Of a DNA stretch of 60,369 nucleotides, positions 9,357 to 21,100 are shown in pieces (the stretch's first letter is position 1; every line of letters starts with the position of its first letter). Position numbers and translations under genes: made by a program. Source of the stretch: a virus (Duplodnaviria > Caudoviricetes); IMG/VR virus record IMGVR_UViG_3300037963_002318, positions 1-60,369 of that record; one strand, given 5' to 3'. A model generated the notes under the pieces. It was not told the DNA's origin. It saw only the letters and a program-made list of their open reading frames with translations, and made no database searches.

Positions 9357-11603
9357 ATGCAAGTAACACATACAAGTGGTCGCAAGATTACTATACGAAG
9401 GCGTGACCCCGAGACTTTAGAGCGAATACAGGAGACTATTGAAACCTATCCATACTGCTTTGTGCCAACGGCTAAATTAACCGACACTTATGGTTTGGTT
9501 AGGACTGAGCCGGGTTATGAAGGAGTATATGGAACCGAATTGACTAAGGTTTATTTCAGAAATGAGTTTGACCGTAGGGATTGGGTTCGAGCAAACCACA
9601 CTTGGGAGGGCAATATATCTTTTGCTAACCAAGTATTGAATGATAGGACAAAGGACAATGAACCTTATCCTAACTATGAACACAGGGTATGGTATATTGA
9701 TGGCGAATGGAAAAAGGACTCCGAGGAAATCACAGTCCTTAGTGCATACGATTCCTATACCGGCAAGATGTTCACATGGGTTCAGCACCCCGACATTACG
9801 CCGGGCTACCATAGTAGTCTGCCCTGCAAGAATCACCCCGATGGTTTGACAGAAGTACATTTTGAAACACAAGTCAAAGCATTCGTCAATGAGCGTCAAC
9901 TGCTCGCTGATTTTGCGGCACACATGAAGAAGAATGACCCCGATATTCTAACCGGTTGGTATTTCGTGGATGCTGATGTATCAACTATCAGCACCCGCAT
10001 GAGGAAACTAGGGCTTGACCCACGCAAAATGTCACCGCACAATCAACATAACTACAAGTACGGTGTAACCGAAAAGCGTTGGACTCAACCTATCCCCGGC
10101 CGCACCTGTATTGATTTGATGATTGCGTTCAAGAAGTTATGGACTATCAAGAACGGCCAACTGGCGAGTCAGAAGTTGGATGATGTTGCGGAGTTTGTGC
10201 TGGGTGAACGCAAGGTTGAGTTGCCCGACGGGCACGACACCTATTACACTGATATAGGCACATATGTTGACTACAATAGACAAGATGTACGCCTGTTACC
10301 AAGATTAGATGAGGAGATAAACGCTATCAATTACTATACTTCACTGCAACACTTAGTCCAGTGTGACATAGAGACTGTTCCTATGACTACTGCGCCTGCT
10401 ACCAGTCTGTTCATACAGGATGAGGAGTTTGAAGGGCGCATTCCCGATGACCCACGCTTTGCTATGGTGCCATACCCCGGTGCTGATATACAACAACCGG
10501 AGCCGGGTCGCTATGAAAACATGGCAATTATGGACATCAAGGCCATGTATCACTCCAATGTCAAGTTGCATAACATTTCATGGGACACGCTGAGTGACGA
10601 TGGTAAAGACTGTGGTAACGGTAGCAAGTTTTTACAGGATAAACCCGGTCTGCTTGGTAGGGTCATGGATAAATTGACGGTTAAGCGTAATGAATACAAG
10701 GCTTTGATGAAAGCGGCTACCACTGATGCTGAGAAGCGCAAGTGGGATGCTATGCAATTTGCTACTAAGTCAATGGTTGCATCCCTATACGGTGTGTCCG
10801 GCGATTCAAAGTATGGTATGTATCACCCCGAGATTGCGGCGGCTATCACATACACAAGCAGACAAACACTATTCCGTCTGCGTGATGAGTGTAATGACCG
10901 TGGTTATCCTGTGCGATACGGCCACACAGACTCTATCTTTTGTGAAGTCCCTACACCCGAGGAGGGTATGAAGTTGGTTGAGCAAATCAACGAGTCTATG
11001 GCACCTATCGAAACCGAGTTTGAGAAGTGGTGCGAATCTATGATACTCAAGGCTAAGAATCGCTATGCTGGCAAGGTGACATGGACTGATGGTACCCACC
11101 ATGAACCACAGTATTATTACAAGGGGCTTGAATTGAAACAGGCTCGTATGCCAAAGGCCATGAAGGAGGCTATGGATGGCACACTAAGGGGTATTCTTGA
11201 CGGTAAAGGTCGTGAGGATATTGACGATTACTTGGCTGGACTAATCAAGGCTGGTAACGAAGGCGAGTTGGGAGAATCCCTTTTAATGAAAGGAAAATTA
11301 CGCAGACCTATTCACAAATACAAGAGCATTAGTGGTGCTATTGCTGGCGTGGTATGGGCTAAGGATAATCTCAACAGGGTCTATGAAGTGGATGAGCCGT
11401 TCTTGACGGCTATTGGTGCTGGTGGGCAATACTATGCCTTTGATAAGGTGGAGGACTTGGATGGTGTCGCTAAGATTGATTGGTCGGAGATGACTGAGCG
11501 ATTCATAGTCAACAAGGCTTGTGACATCTATGACTTGGTTAATTGGGACACTCAGCCCCTATGGAACGCTCATCGTGGCATTGGTAATGTTAGGTGGTTA
11601 TGA
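9357..11603 (+). CDS. polB: family B DNA polymerase
   Basis: Exo motifs (IDGE, GWY..D, YNRQD), DIKAMYHS, KSMVASLYG, YGHTDS, KNRYAG, KGLE. ATG 9357 is preferred over GTG 9318 because of the TATA at 9329. Confidence 0.95.
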   Translation: MQVTHTSGRKITIRRRDPETLERIQETIETYPYCFVPTAKLTDTYGLVRTEPGYEGVYGTELTKVYFRNEFDRRDWVRANHTWEGNISFANQVLNDRTKDNEPYPNYEHRVWYIDGEWKKDSEEITVLSAYDSYTGKMFTWVQHPDITPGYHSSLPCKNHPDGLTEVHFETQVKAFVNERQLLADFAAHMKKNDPDILTGWYFVDADVSTISTRMRKLGLDPRKMSPHNQHNYKYGVTEKRWTQPIPGRTCIDLMIAFKKLWTIKNGQLASQKLDDVAEFVLGERKVELPDGHDTYYTDIGTYVDYNRQDVRLLPRLDEEINAINYYTSLQHLVQCDIETVPMTTAPATSLFIQDEEFEGRIPDDPRFAMVPYPGADIQQPEPGRYENMAIMDIKAMYHSNVKLHNISWDTLSDDGKDCGNGSKFLQDKPGLLGRVMDKLTVKRNEYKALMKAATTDAEKRKWDAMQFATKSMVASLYGVSGDSKYGMYHPEIAAAITYTSRQTLFRLRDECNDRGYPVRYGHTDSIFCEVPTPEEGMKLVEQINESMAPIETEFEKWCESMILKAKNRYAGKVTWTDGTHHEPQYYYKGLELKQARMPKAMKEAMDGTLRGILDGKGREDIDDYLAGLIKAGNEGELGESLLMKGKLRRPIHKYKSISGAIAGVVWAKDNLNRVYEVDEPFLTAIGAGGQYYAFDKVEDLDGVAKIDWSEMTERFIVNKACDIYDLVNWDTQPLWNAHRGIGNVRWL

Positions 11604-11639
11604 TAACACATATATACTGACGAATACAAAGGTGATAAC

Positions 11640-11924
11640 ATGGCAGAAGAACCGAGAAAGCCTAAGAAGATGACAACACAACAACTGACCTACGCCGTTC
11701 ATTCGCTTGAACAGGCATTCAACAATATAGCCGCCGCTATCGGTAACGATATGGCACAGGTTATGAATGTCCTCGGCGGAATGCTAAGGCATTTGGATTT
11801 ACTGATAGACATTAAGTGTCCCGACTGTGGAACCGAATTAAGTCACCCTAAGATGGATGGGGTGCCTATGCCTTCAGAATGCCCGGCGTGTGGCGGAAAG
11901 TTGAACCTAGACGAAGAAGAATGA
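11640..11924 (+). CDS. zinc-ribbon protein
   Basis: CPDC...CPAC; TATA-like box at 11610. Confidence 0.6.
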   Translation: MAEEPRKPKKMTTQQLTYAVHSLEQAFNNIAAAIGNDMAQVMNVLGGMLRHLDLLIDIKCPDCGTELSHPKMDGVPMPSECPACGGKLNLDEEE

Positions 11925-11953
11925 TTATTAAACAAACCGAGGGTGGATTAAAC

Positions 11954-12256
11954 ATGGCACGAATACTTGTTGTAACAGATGATGCGGAGATTATCTCCGA
12001 AGCACTTGCTACCTATGGTCGAAGAGATGTGTATATAGCACTAGATAACACAGTTGCTAACAAGCACAAAGCGGAGGCACTTGGGATTGATAGCAGATTA
12101 AATCTTGTTGGCTCCGATGCAGACCATGACCTATTCGACACCGTTCTTGGTGGCTCAAAGAAGTCCACTAAGAAATCCGCCCCAAAGAGCAAGAAGGAAT
12201 CACTTGCTAAAGAAGTTGAGGCGGTAGTAAATGAAGAGTCCAAAAAAGTACTCTAA
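11954..12256 (+). CDS. hypothetical protein with Lys-rich tail
   Basis: ATG 11954 after GGGTGGA; Rossmann-like start ARILVVTDD. Confidence 0.5.
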   Translation: MARILVVTDDAEIISEALATYGRRDVYIALDNTVANKHKAEALGIDSRLNLVGSDADHDLFDTVLGGSKKSTKKSAPKSKKESLAKEVEAVVNEESKKVL

Positions 12257-13196
12257 GGAATGGTTCGCAATAGAAGGGCCGAATCACGGTCACTCTAACC
12301 CAATCAAAGCGTCTGCTAACGGATGGCCTGTTAGGTTATCTAAGTCGGCGTTTATGACCTATCTTGGTTGTCCCCGTAAATACTGGTGGAGTAATGTAGC
12401 CGAGATTCGCACACCGCAGAATCACTACATGGCTCATGGTACAGGAGTCCATAGGGCCTTAGAAAATCTATATGGCAATTGGAAAGAAGGATGGCACGAC
12501 GAAACCTTTGAAGAATTGGGTGTTGTTGATTGGGAGGATGGTTCAATCCACCAGCCTCATTTACAGTGGAATAAAGACCAACAACAGGTCTATTCTGATT
12601 CGCTAATTTCACTTTTTCAATTGGAAAATGAGAGATTAGAGCGTTGGGGCGAGGAACATTTTGCTCCTGTTGAGTTTGAAATTAAACATGTTGTTAATCA
12701 TCCCGATTCTAATTTCCTATTGGTCGGCAAGATTGACGGTGTTCATAGACACCCCAATGGCGGTCTTGTAATTACTGAATTGAAAACAGGAAAAGCAACT
12801 AAGGGCAAATTGACTAAGACTCGCAAGGAGTTATGTTTCTATCGCCATATGCTATCCCTATTAGGATTCGATGAGGCAGTGTATTTCTATTACCTGTTCC
12901 CCGAGGCTACTAACACCGACTTGTATCTCGAATTAGAGGGCAAGAAGGACACTGAAGTTTGGCTTGGTGAGAAGCAGGGTATGGCGGTGCTTGAGAAGGT
13001 ATCGAAGCGTTCAGTTAACGCTATGCACAAGTCCTTAGATAAGGCTATTGAGGGTATCAATGGCGACCTATGGGGTATGAAGTGGAATGACTACTTCTGC
13101 ACTGAATGGTGTGAGTTTTCAATGTCATGTGAAGGTCAAATGGTTGGGTTAGATGATGACCCAACACTTTCATATAGTGGAGAAGAAGAGTGGTAG
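12231..13196 (+). CDS. Cas4/AddB-like PD-(D/E)XK exonuclease with Fe-S cysteines
   Basis: LSKS...CPRKYW, GKIDG, ELKTG, C-terminal CTEWCEFSMSC. Confidence 0.85.
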   Translation: MKSPKKYSKEWFAIEGPNHGHSNPIKASANGWPVRLSKSAFMTYLGCPRKYWWSNVAEIRTPQNHYMAHGTGVHRALENLYGNWKEGWHDETFEELGVVDWEDGSIHQPHLQWNKDQQQVYSDSLISLFQLENERLERWGEEHFAPVEFEIKHVVNHPDSNFLLVGKIDGVHRHPNGGLVITELKTGKATKGKLTKTRKELCFYRHMLSLLGFDEAVYFYYLFPEATNTDLYLELEGKKDTEVWLGEKQGMAVLEKVSKRSVNAMHKSLDKAIEGINGDLWGMKWNDYFCTEWCEFSMSCEGQMVGLDDDPTLSYSGEEEW

Positions 13197-13197
13197 T

Positions 13198-13389
13198 ATG
13201 ATGAGCGATAATGAGTGTCCGAAATGCGGTAGCATGATGTCCGAAGAATTAGCCTTTTTGGTGACAGGTCAAGTGAATGGCCCAAGAGCAACAATTAGGC
13301 TACTGGTTTGTGATGATTGCGGCCATACTATGAAAGGTGAAGATGATGACGAAGCAACTACTGACATACCCGAGGGAGATAGGTCTTAA
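13198..13389 (+). CDS. small zinc-ribbon protein
   Basis: CPKC...CDDC in the 13153 frame. Confidence 0.5.
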   Translation: MMSDNECPKCGSMMSEELAFLVTGQVNGPRATIRLLVCDDCGHTMKGEDDDEATTDIPEGDRS

Positions 13390-14380
13390 ACGGGCTATTG
13401 CTAAGAATGGTAGGACATATTCTGACTACCTTAGCAAAATGAGAAGCAAGACTTCTTGTTACACCAGCCTATATTCCTTCGCTAAGATGGACAATGATAA
13501 TAAACCGGACTACCGATATGCAGTGATAGACCGGGCGTGGTGGGATTTTGATGCGGGAGAACGGGGAGGAATCGAACAGGTCAAGCAAGATGTCGCCCAA
13601 CTCATCTCTAGGTTGGAGGGTGATGTTCGGGTCGTGGCGACTGGTCGAGGATTCCATGTCCACCAACTCTTCAACGAAAGTGTGGTCGGACAGGAGTACA
13701 GACTCCCCCTCGAACACTACCAAAGACGAAAGGCGAGGGGATTAGTTACGCTTGATGGCGTAGGTTTTCCCGAGAAGATGACTCGTATTCCTAACACATA
13801 CAATCCTAAGCGTGGTCGCTGGTGTGTAGTCATACCTACTGAGGAGTTTGTTAACAACCCTATGGGTTACGACATACCTACGATGCCTATGCGCTTAGAT
13901 AGAAAGCACCACCCCTTCGGTGAGGCAAATACAGGACTAGAGTCGTTTGATTTCCTTGCTTGGTGTGCTAATTATCAACCTATACAGGATGATTACACCT
14001 TTGCCGATAGTGTCACCCTTGACAGTGACACACTGACGGCAGGTTCAGTCCCGCTAATGCCATGCTTGGCAAGAGCAATACACCAAGACAAGCCTAATCA
14101 CCATGTTAGAGTCGCTTTGGTTCAACATATGGCAGATACTCTTAGGGACTTTGCAGACCCCGAGGCGATAAGCACCGAGCAAAAGCGTGAGATTGAGGAT
14201 GAGATATTCAACTTCGTCAAAGGTCTTGGTTGGTCTAACTGGAATGCTACTGCATCCCGCAAGGGGATTAAAAGCACGATGAAGTATAGGCGTGTCCCGT
14301 CATGCTCATGGTTTGTAGCCCGTGGTATGTGTGCTAAAAAATGCTGGAGATACGATGGTTCGACAGACATTCCCGAATGA
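13343..14380 (+). CDS. archaeo-eukaryotic primase, catalytic (PriS) domain fused to PriL-like Fe-S domain
   Basis: DFD, GRGFHVH, RIPNTYN; C-terminal PCL...HHVRVALV...SC...GMC..KC. Confidence 0.85.
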   Translation: MMTKQLLTYPREIGLKRAIAKNGRTYSDYLSKMRSKTSCYTSLYSFAKMDNDNKPDYRYAVIDRAWWDFDAGERGGIEQVKQDVAQLISRLEGDVRVVATGRGFHVHQLFNESVVGQEYRLPLEHYQRRKARGLVTLDGVGFPEKMTRIPNTYNPKRGRWCVVIPTEEFVNNPMGYDIPTMPMRLDRKHHPFGEANTGLESFDFLAWCANYQPIQDDYTFADSVTLDSDTLTAGSVPLMPCLARAIHQDKPNHHVRVALVQHMADTLRDFADPEAISTEQKREIEDEIFNFVKGLGWSNWNATASRKGIKSTMKYRRVPSCSWFVARGMCAKKCWRYDGSTDIPE

Positions 14381-14413
14381 GGTTAAATAACCAAAAGCAC
14401 CCAGCGTATAGTA

Positions 14414-15145
14414 ATGCTAGTAGTTGATGACCGAGAGAACGACCTTTTGATTCACAAACTCTATGCTTCTATGGGCCGCCATGATGAAGGCGGTCATGTC
14501 AAAGTCAAACGGCTACCTTCTGCCGACTATGTTATCGGAGAGATAGGGATAGAGGCTAAAGAGATAAATGACCTGTATCATTCAATCATGGGTCATGGTC
14601 GTTCTCGCACAATTATTGGGCAGTTGGTGGATTTACAGGAGTCGTTTGAGCGACCTATGCTGGTGGTCTATGGTACCAAGTTAAAGCCGTATCTGCCGGG
14701 CAGAAGACCCAATCGTGCCGAGATTGCTAAGGAGATGAAAAAGATGCAAGCGGTAATCAAGAAGTTTAAGCAAAACTTTGTGATTCAATTCCCAAACATT
14801 CAATTCATGGAGTTGTCAAGTATGGATGATATGGTGGATTGGTTATCATCTGTGCATCACAATCTGCGTATTAGACAGAAGCCTATATCTGAGCCTGCCG
14901 AAAGAACCCGCCGAAGCAATCGCAAGGTGGACTTGCGTGTTAGAGTCCTTGCCGCAATTGACGGCATCTCGGAGAGAGCCGCACACGATTTGTTAACCGA
15001 GTTTGGCTCTATCCCACGCCTACTGCGCTCTCGCACAAGCCAGCGAAAACTCATGGAGATAGAAGGTATAGGGCGTAAAAGAGCCAAGGCTATTTTATCC
15101 CTGCGTGAACGCTATCCCGACCAACCCGATTTAAGCACCGAATGA
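14414..15145 (+). CDS. ERCC4/XPF (Hef-like) structure-specific nuclease with HhH domain
   Basis: VDDRE, ADYVI, IEAK..NDL..SI, HhH motifs IDGIS and IEGIGRKRA. Confidence 0.88.
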   Translation: MLVVDDRENDLLIHKLYASMGRHDEGGHVKVKRLPSADYVIGEIGIEAKEINDLYHSIMGHGRSRTIIGQLVDLQESFERPMLVVYGTKLKPYLPGRRPNRAEIAKEMKKMQAVIKKFKQNFVIQFPNIQFMELSSMDDMVDWLSSVHHNLRIRQKPISEPAERTRRSNRKVDLRVRVLAAIDGISERAAHDLLTEFGSIPRLLRSRTSQRKLMEIEGIGRKRAKAILSLRERYPDQPDLSTE

Positions 15146-18100
15146 ATAACTTTGTGCTTCGGGGCTACCTGTAACGCTTCTTCTATCTGAGGCCACTTGT
15201 ACATTGTGAATAATTAGAGAGGAGAATTGTGCAGTGTCATTGTTTAAGCCTGCCTCCCTGCCTATTGTTATCTTGATAGTGTTGTTTGGTGTATCTAGCC
15301 CCCCAAGACTACCGGAGAATAATGTTATGAATCCGTTAGTTGCTGGATTTAGAATCATATCTTGCTCTATGTACGCACCAGTTTCAACACATTCTGCTTT
15401 TACTGTGACTTCTGCCACACCATCGTCTGCCTCCATAGTATAACGACCAGTAACTCTAACTACATCATTTACGACATCGTTAGGGATTCTCGATGTAACC
15501 GAGAAGGCGGTGTATGAAGTAGTCGCATCCGTGGCACCTGCAAAAGACATACCGTTGTCACTCATAACTGCATCACCAGCAACAGGTGTAATGAATGAAT
15601 CAACCCCTTCGACACCAGTGCTATTTATTGGTGGTTGTGACGGCTTCTTTTGACCTAGCACTGAGAATGAACCACCTGTGGAACTGTCGGTATTGAAATC
15701 CATGACACCTTTTATCTGATTGTTAAGACCCCTACCAACATTGTTAGCGTTGAGTATAGTTGCTGAATTATCGTTAATACCGGTGCCGTTTGGTCTATTA
15801 CCTGTACCTGCTAAAGTAGTAGGGTCAAACTCGCTACCTTGTGTTGTACCTGCGGTTATAGCACCGAATCCACCAACAAAGCCGAACCCTCCCTGTGCAG
15901 GGAACCCAGCGTCACCGGCACCCGGCCCAACAGGGAACCCACCCGGAGTCCCACCGGTAGGAGGTGGCAGTGGTTTCCACGGCCCAGCATCGTTGCCACC
16001 ACCGGTACCAAAGAATGAAGTTAATCCCTTAGCACTACGACTAATGTCTCTTTCTAAGGTAAATGATACAGTTTCGGTGCCTTGTGAAACCGACCAGCCT
16101 ATGCTCTTAATACCTAATACTTCATTACTTAACTCTAGTGCTGAATCAGTATAACTTATGTTTGTTGCTGGCAAGAAGTTAATGTCATCAGTTATTTCTA
16201 AGCGAGGAGCATACCATTCTGCCCTTTCTCCCCAGTATTGTACATTACTATTGATTTTGCGCATACCTAACGGGAATATGCTACCAGCGTTAAGCGTTGA
16301 GTGTGTTTTACCGGCATAAGAATTGCCGTTGCGGGTGTAATTTGTACTTGGGCATCTCTCCCTAACTAGGGCTTTTAGGTATTCGTAGTTAATAGAAACT
16401 ACTATTCTTTCGGTACCATCCCTACCAGTAGCCCAGTATGTTGAAGGTATGTCTATTTCATAGTAACCGTTGGCATCAAATTGAATCCTTGATACACTTC
16501 TCGATGTAGCGGCAAACTCATTGTCTGTCCAATCGTAATCGTGCAAAGATAATTGGAACTCTAATTCATCATAACCAATATCTGCACCCAAACTATCAAC
16601 TATGTCAATCACCATACGAAGCCTACCATCAGCGTTGATTTTCCCTCCACCGGGAGTTTTTTGTGTGGTCTTAGGCATATTGCGTGGTATGTGTACAATC
16701 TGTACTGCATAAGACAAGGAGTTGCTACCGTACCACCAATAATTATTATTATACGCTACTGCACCAGTAGGTCTTGTACAGTCCCCATCCCTACCATCAA
16801 GAGCAGACACCATTCCGGGGAATAAGTTTCCTCCCCACAAACTGTTCCATGTGTAATTAGCAGAAGTGGCACTTGTTGAGTAGCCATATGGGATTGCTCT
16901 TGATTGGTCGGCTACATATCCGTACCTAGCCCCACTAATCATATTGTCATTAGAACCTAAGATGGTGTTTTGCTCATCAATTCTTAGAATCTTAGCACTT
17001 ATCTTCATTGGCGGAGTCTTATATTTTTCGTACTCGGTCTTAGCAAACGCAAATGCTTCTGCCTTTGTTGAAATCTCGGGCCTATCTTCTATTTGCCACC
17101 TAGGGCTTGACCCAAGTTGTGCCGAAGGATAATCCACATAACTACCATTACCTGCATAAAATACTCTAACATTAGTAATATGTTCTTTGTTGCTTGTTTG
17201 TAAATCAGATACTCGCAGATTTGTAGTATTGAAAGTATATCCACTACTGTAATTAGGTCTTAATGACGGCTTGCCATCCCTACCAACCATCCATGTAAAT
17301 ACCTTGCGAGTGTCATAATCGTCACCAATTCCACTTTTTTCCTGTGTGGATTGGAAAATGGTAGCATATGTTTCATTCCTACAATCATTCACACTACCGT
17401 ACTGTTCCACACGATTTGCTTTACGCCAGCGACCTAGCACCGACCCAGCCGACAAAGCGGCGGTTCTTGGTATCTTGAATGTGGTTGATGTCGTATCACT
17501 AACAACATAATTTTGTTGGCTAGTTAGTAGTCCCAAAGGCTGAGATGATAAGATTGTGATTGTGTCGCCGTCTGATAACGCATGAGGGTTAGAGCAAGTA
17601 ATTACACTATGGCCGCTAGAAGGTGCCGCTATGTTAGTAATTAACCCTGCTTGACCCGAAAATGGAACGCCCGATGTAGCCTCTATGTATGGCTCAAATG
17701 TAGTAACCATATCCTTTGTGATAGGGACTGTGTTGATGTCGGGCATACCTTTAACACTTGATTGACTTAGCCAATTTTTATTTAGACAATCTGAGTATGC
17801 TGCTCTAATCTTGTCACTATCGTACCATGTTGCAGTACCTTTGCTTTCAACAAATCCTGTTAGGGACATTATCAGCCTCATAGGGAATATATTAGCCAAG
17901 CCGGAGCGTACCACTAGGTCGGTATAACCCGATGATGTGGTACTGGCGTTAAGGGCATTTGCATCTTCTTTAGTAGTAGTAGTTACTGCAAAACCGGTTC
18001 TTGGTGATTGAATTAATGAGTTTAGTATCGCTAAATACTCAGCATTGTTTTCATAATTTCTAATTTCATAGACTGGTATAGGAGTACCGCTAATTATGCT

Positions 18101-21100
18101 AGAGCCACCACCTAAGTATGTTATGCCTGTTAATCTATGAGGAGTTGTAGTAGTATTTTTACCAGTATAGGTAAATGCTGCCTGCGCTGCCGGGCCGCTA
18201 AATTGGAAATTAGGATTGCCAACAATCACTGTACCGGAGTCCGAAAAACTACTAGCGTCTGCTATACCAATGTAACCAGTACCGGTTCCCGATGTCCCAC
18301 TTGTGTTGCTACTAACTCCTTTATCGAAATAAACATTAGATTCACTACCGTAACCTGCTCCATTCCACTCTCCAGTTACCTTTGTGCCGAGAACAGGTAC
18401 ACCTAAATCAAATAGCCCTCTCATAAAGTAGGTGCCGGGGAAATGTAGGTGTGCGTAACCAGCAGTAATGGTGCCCGAAGGAACATTGTTTTGCCTAAGC
18501 ACCAACCACGGCCCATTCACATTGGTTGAACCACCGGAACTATACGCCGCTTCGGGTATAATATCCTCTATCACATAATCACCATCAACATTAGTGGTGG
18601 TGCCGGTTGAATTGCTTAGTGTTATTTTATGACCTACTCTTAGCGCACCCATATCTGGTCTAGGGTCGCTACCGATGCCTATGCTTGTAAAACCGGGCCT
18701 ACAATCAATAACAAATGTATCGTCATCTAGTTGGGCATCAGGTCTTGCGCTTGTACTGCCGTCTAAGTAACTACCGGGTTGTATGTGAACACCGGGGTTA
18801 GAACCACTCCCGCCATAAACGCCGTCTTGAGTTATGGTAGCCAATGCTCCTTGTGTTACTGCGTGGTAAATCTTCTTTTTCTCTTCAGAAGTTAAAGCAA
18901 TAACTACTGCGTCACTCATCAGCCTACCAGTTTTTGCCGTTAAGTCGGGAATACCAGCAGGTAACGCTACATTACTTGGTAAATTAGAGTCGTTTAGTTG
19001 TATAATCGTATCTCCTACCTGTATATCAGTAGCAAGTGAAGTGGAGTTATTTAGCAGATATTTGTAATTTGCTGACCATAAGAACGGAGAACCTGCTCCG
19101 GCTGAAGCAGTGTCCTCGTTAGCGTTATTGTATGCACATATAGCCCTTTGCCAGTAGTTATCAACAAGAACGGGAAACCCTTCGGTCTCAGTTAGGAAAT
19201 CACCTATCTCCTTGCGACCAGCAGACGACTGTCCAGTTTTACCACCGTTAGAAGTAGTGTTTAGATTGAAAAACTTTGAAGCATCTATGATAACAAACGC
19301 CCCAGCCTTATCCTCCCAATTGTGATATTTACTATTTGACTCAGTATTAGACCCTCCACTAATAGCAGACCACGGATTACCTGTGATTGGGTCTGCGGTA
19401 GCATCCATCTCCCATAAATCAATATCTTCGCCTAAATTAAGGTCAACAAAGTTAGTCCTTTCCTGTGTCGCTGATATATCGGTTTCAGATATTCCTAATG
19501 ATAAGTTGTAATTTGCCGAATGTGGCAACATCAAACCAAACTTCTTATCCCTTTTCATGGCATCTGCATTAGCGTTACCATCGTTACGCATGTCTGCCCA
19601 AAGAACCCAAATGTGTTTATAATCATCATCAATATCTCTAAGTGTGATTGTAGCACCGGTTGAGTGGTCTCTTTGTAGGAAATTGGTAGTTGGTAAAGTT
19701 AATGTACACCCTCCATACCCTACATCTATGTTGCTAGTTGGTAGCATTATAGGTGCTATTTCTCTTGCGCTAAAGTTATTCTTAAACCCAAACGGATTGC
19801 CTATATTCTTAGTCACATAACCACCAGCAGATGATGTGGGTGTCGAAGTAAAATTGACAGTAAATCTTTTCCTATCAAAATTATTATTGGGGTCACACAA
19901 AACATAATTGGTGTATTGCGTACCGCCGCTTGTTTGCTTGTGAAACGGCCAACCAAACTTTTTCAATTGCCAAACACCGTTTAATCGTGATTCGTTACCA
20001 GTTAAACCCCCACTAGCAGAATCAGTAATACCACTAATTCTAATATATTGTCTATGAAAGTTGAACAGTGCCGTAGGGAATTGTAAAATTACAAACCCAA
20101 AAAAGTCAGCCCCAAAAACAGCATCAAGGTATGTTGGCTCCTCTTGACACAATACCATTCTAAATGGATTAGTGGTGTTTGTCGGAGTTATAGCGGTCGC
20201 TACACCGTGGTCAACAAAATTATCAGCGTCAACAATCTCAAATGAAACATTTCCTGTTCCTGTATTAAATGGCGGCATGTTGGCAGTTAGGCTAGTAGTG
20301 GAGCCAACAGTGATTGCGCTGGTAGTAGTGCCCGTTAGTAGTGCGTTGTTTTTGATTTTACCAAACATATGACTAAACCAAGGGGACTTAGGTAAATCTT
20401 TAACCCAGCGACTATGTAGCACACGATATTGTGCATCAGTGTTCCCCGAAGTACCGCCGATATGAGTGTCCCAATCAGCATAAGCATTGTTAGGCCCGAT
20501 AGTATCTTCTGAATTATACAGTTGAATAGGATGAGCAGAAGCCCTTCTCATCCTACTATCAAGGCGTGTTTTCCACACCCCGTCACCATCTTCACCCTCA
20601 TTGTAACCTAGCGAAGCATTAGCGAGAGATAGAGTTTCGGCACCAAAGTAAAAGACATTTAGGTTGTTTTGTGAATCTGCTCTATTATACGCTACCTGTG
20701 TTGTACTATCTCCTGTACCACTGGAACCTAACTCCCATGTGGGGATTGCTCTATCCATATCCTCGAAATAGTCAATCGCTTGTAGGTTAATGATAAACTG
20801 TCTATCACTTTTACGATTGTAGGTTAGGCTTGTTGTTGTGCCTCTCCAAATAGGTCTATCTATGTTATCCCTAAACATTAGTATAGTTGAGTCTGAATAA
20901 TTAGATTTGTCAAAATAAGATAATAGTTTCAAATCAGCATCATCGTCTGCTATCTTTAGATTTAGTTTAGATGTGCTATTTATTGTACTATTGTATGCAA
21001 AATCCAATACTGGCGGCATCTCGGTAGTTGATAGTGGGTAGTCATTAAGTGGTCTAATCATCCCTACCCTGTCAATAAGCACATATGTTTTACCATGAGT

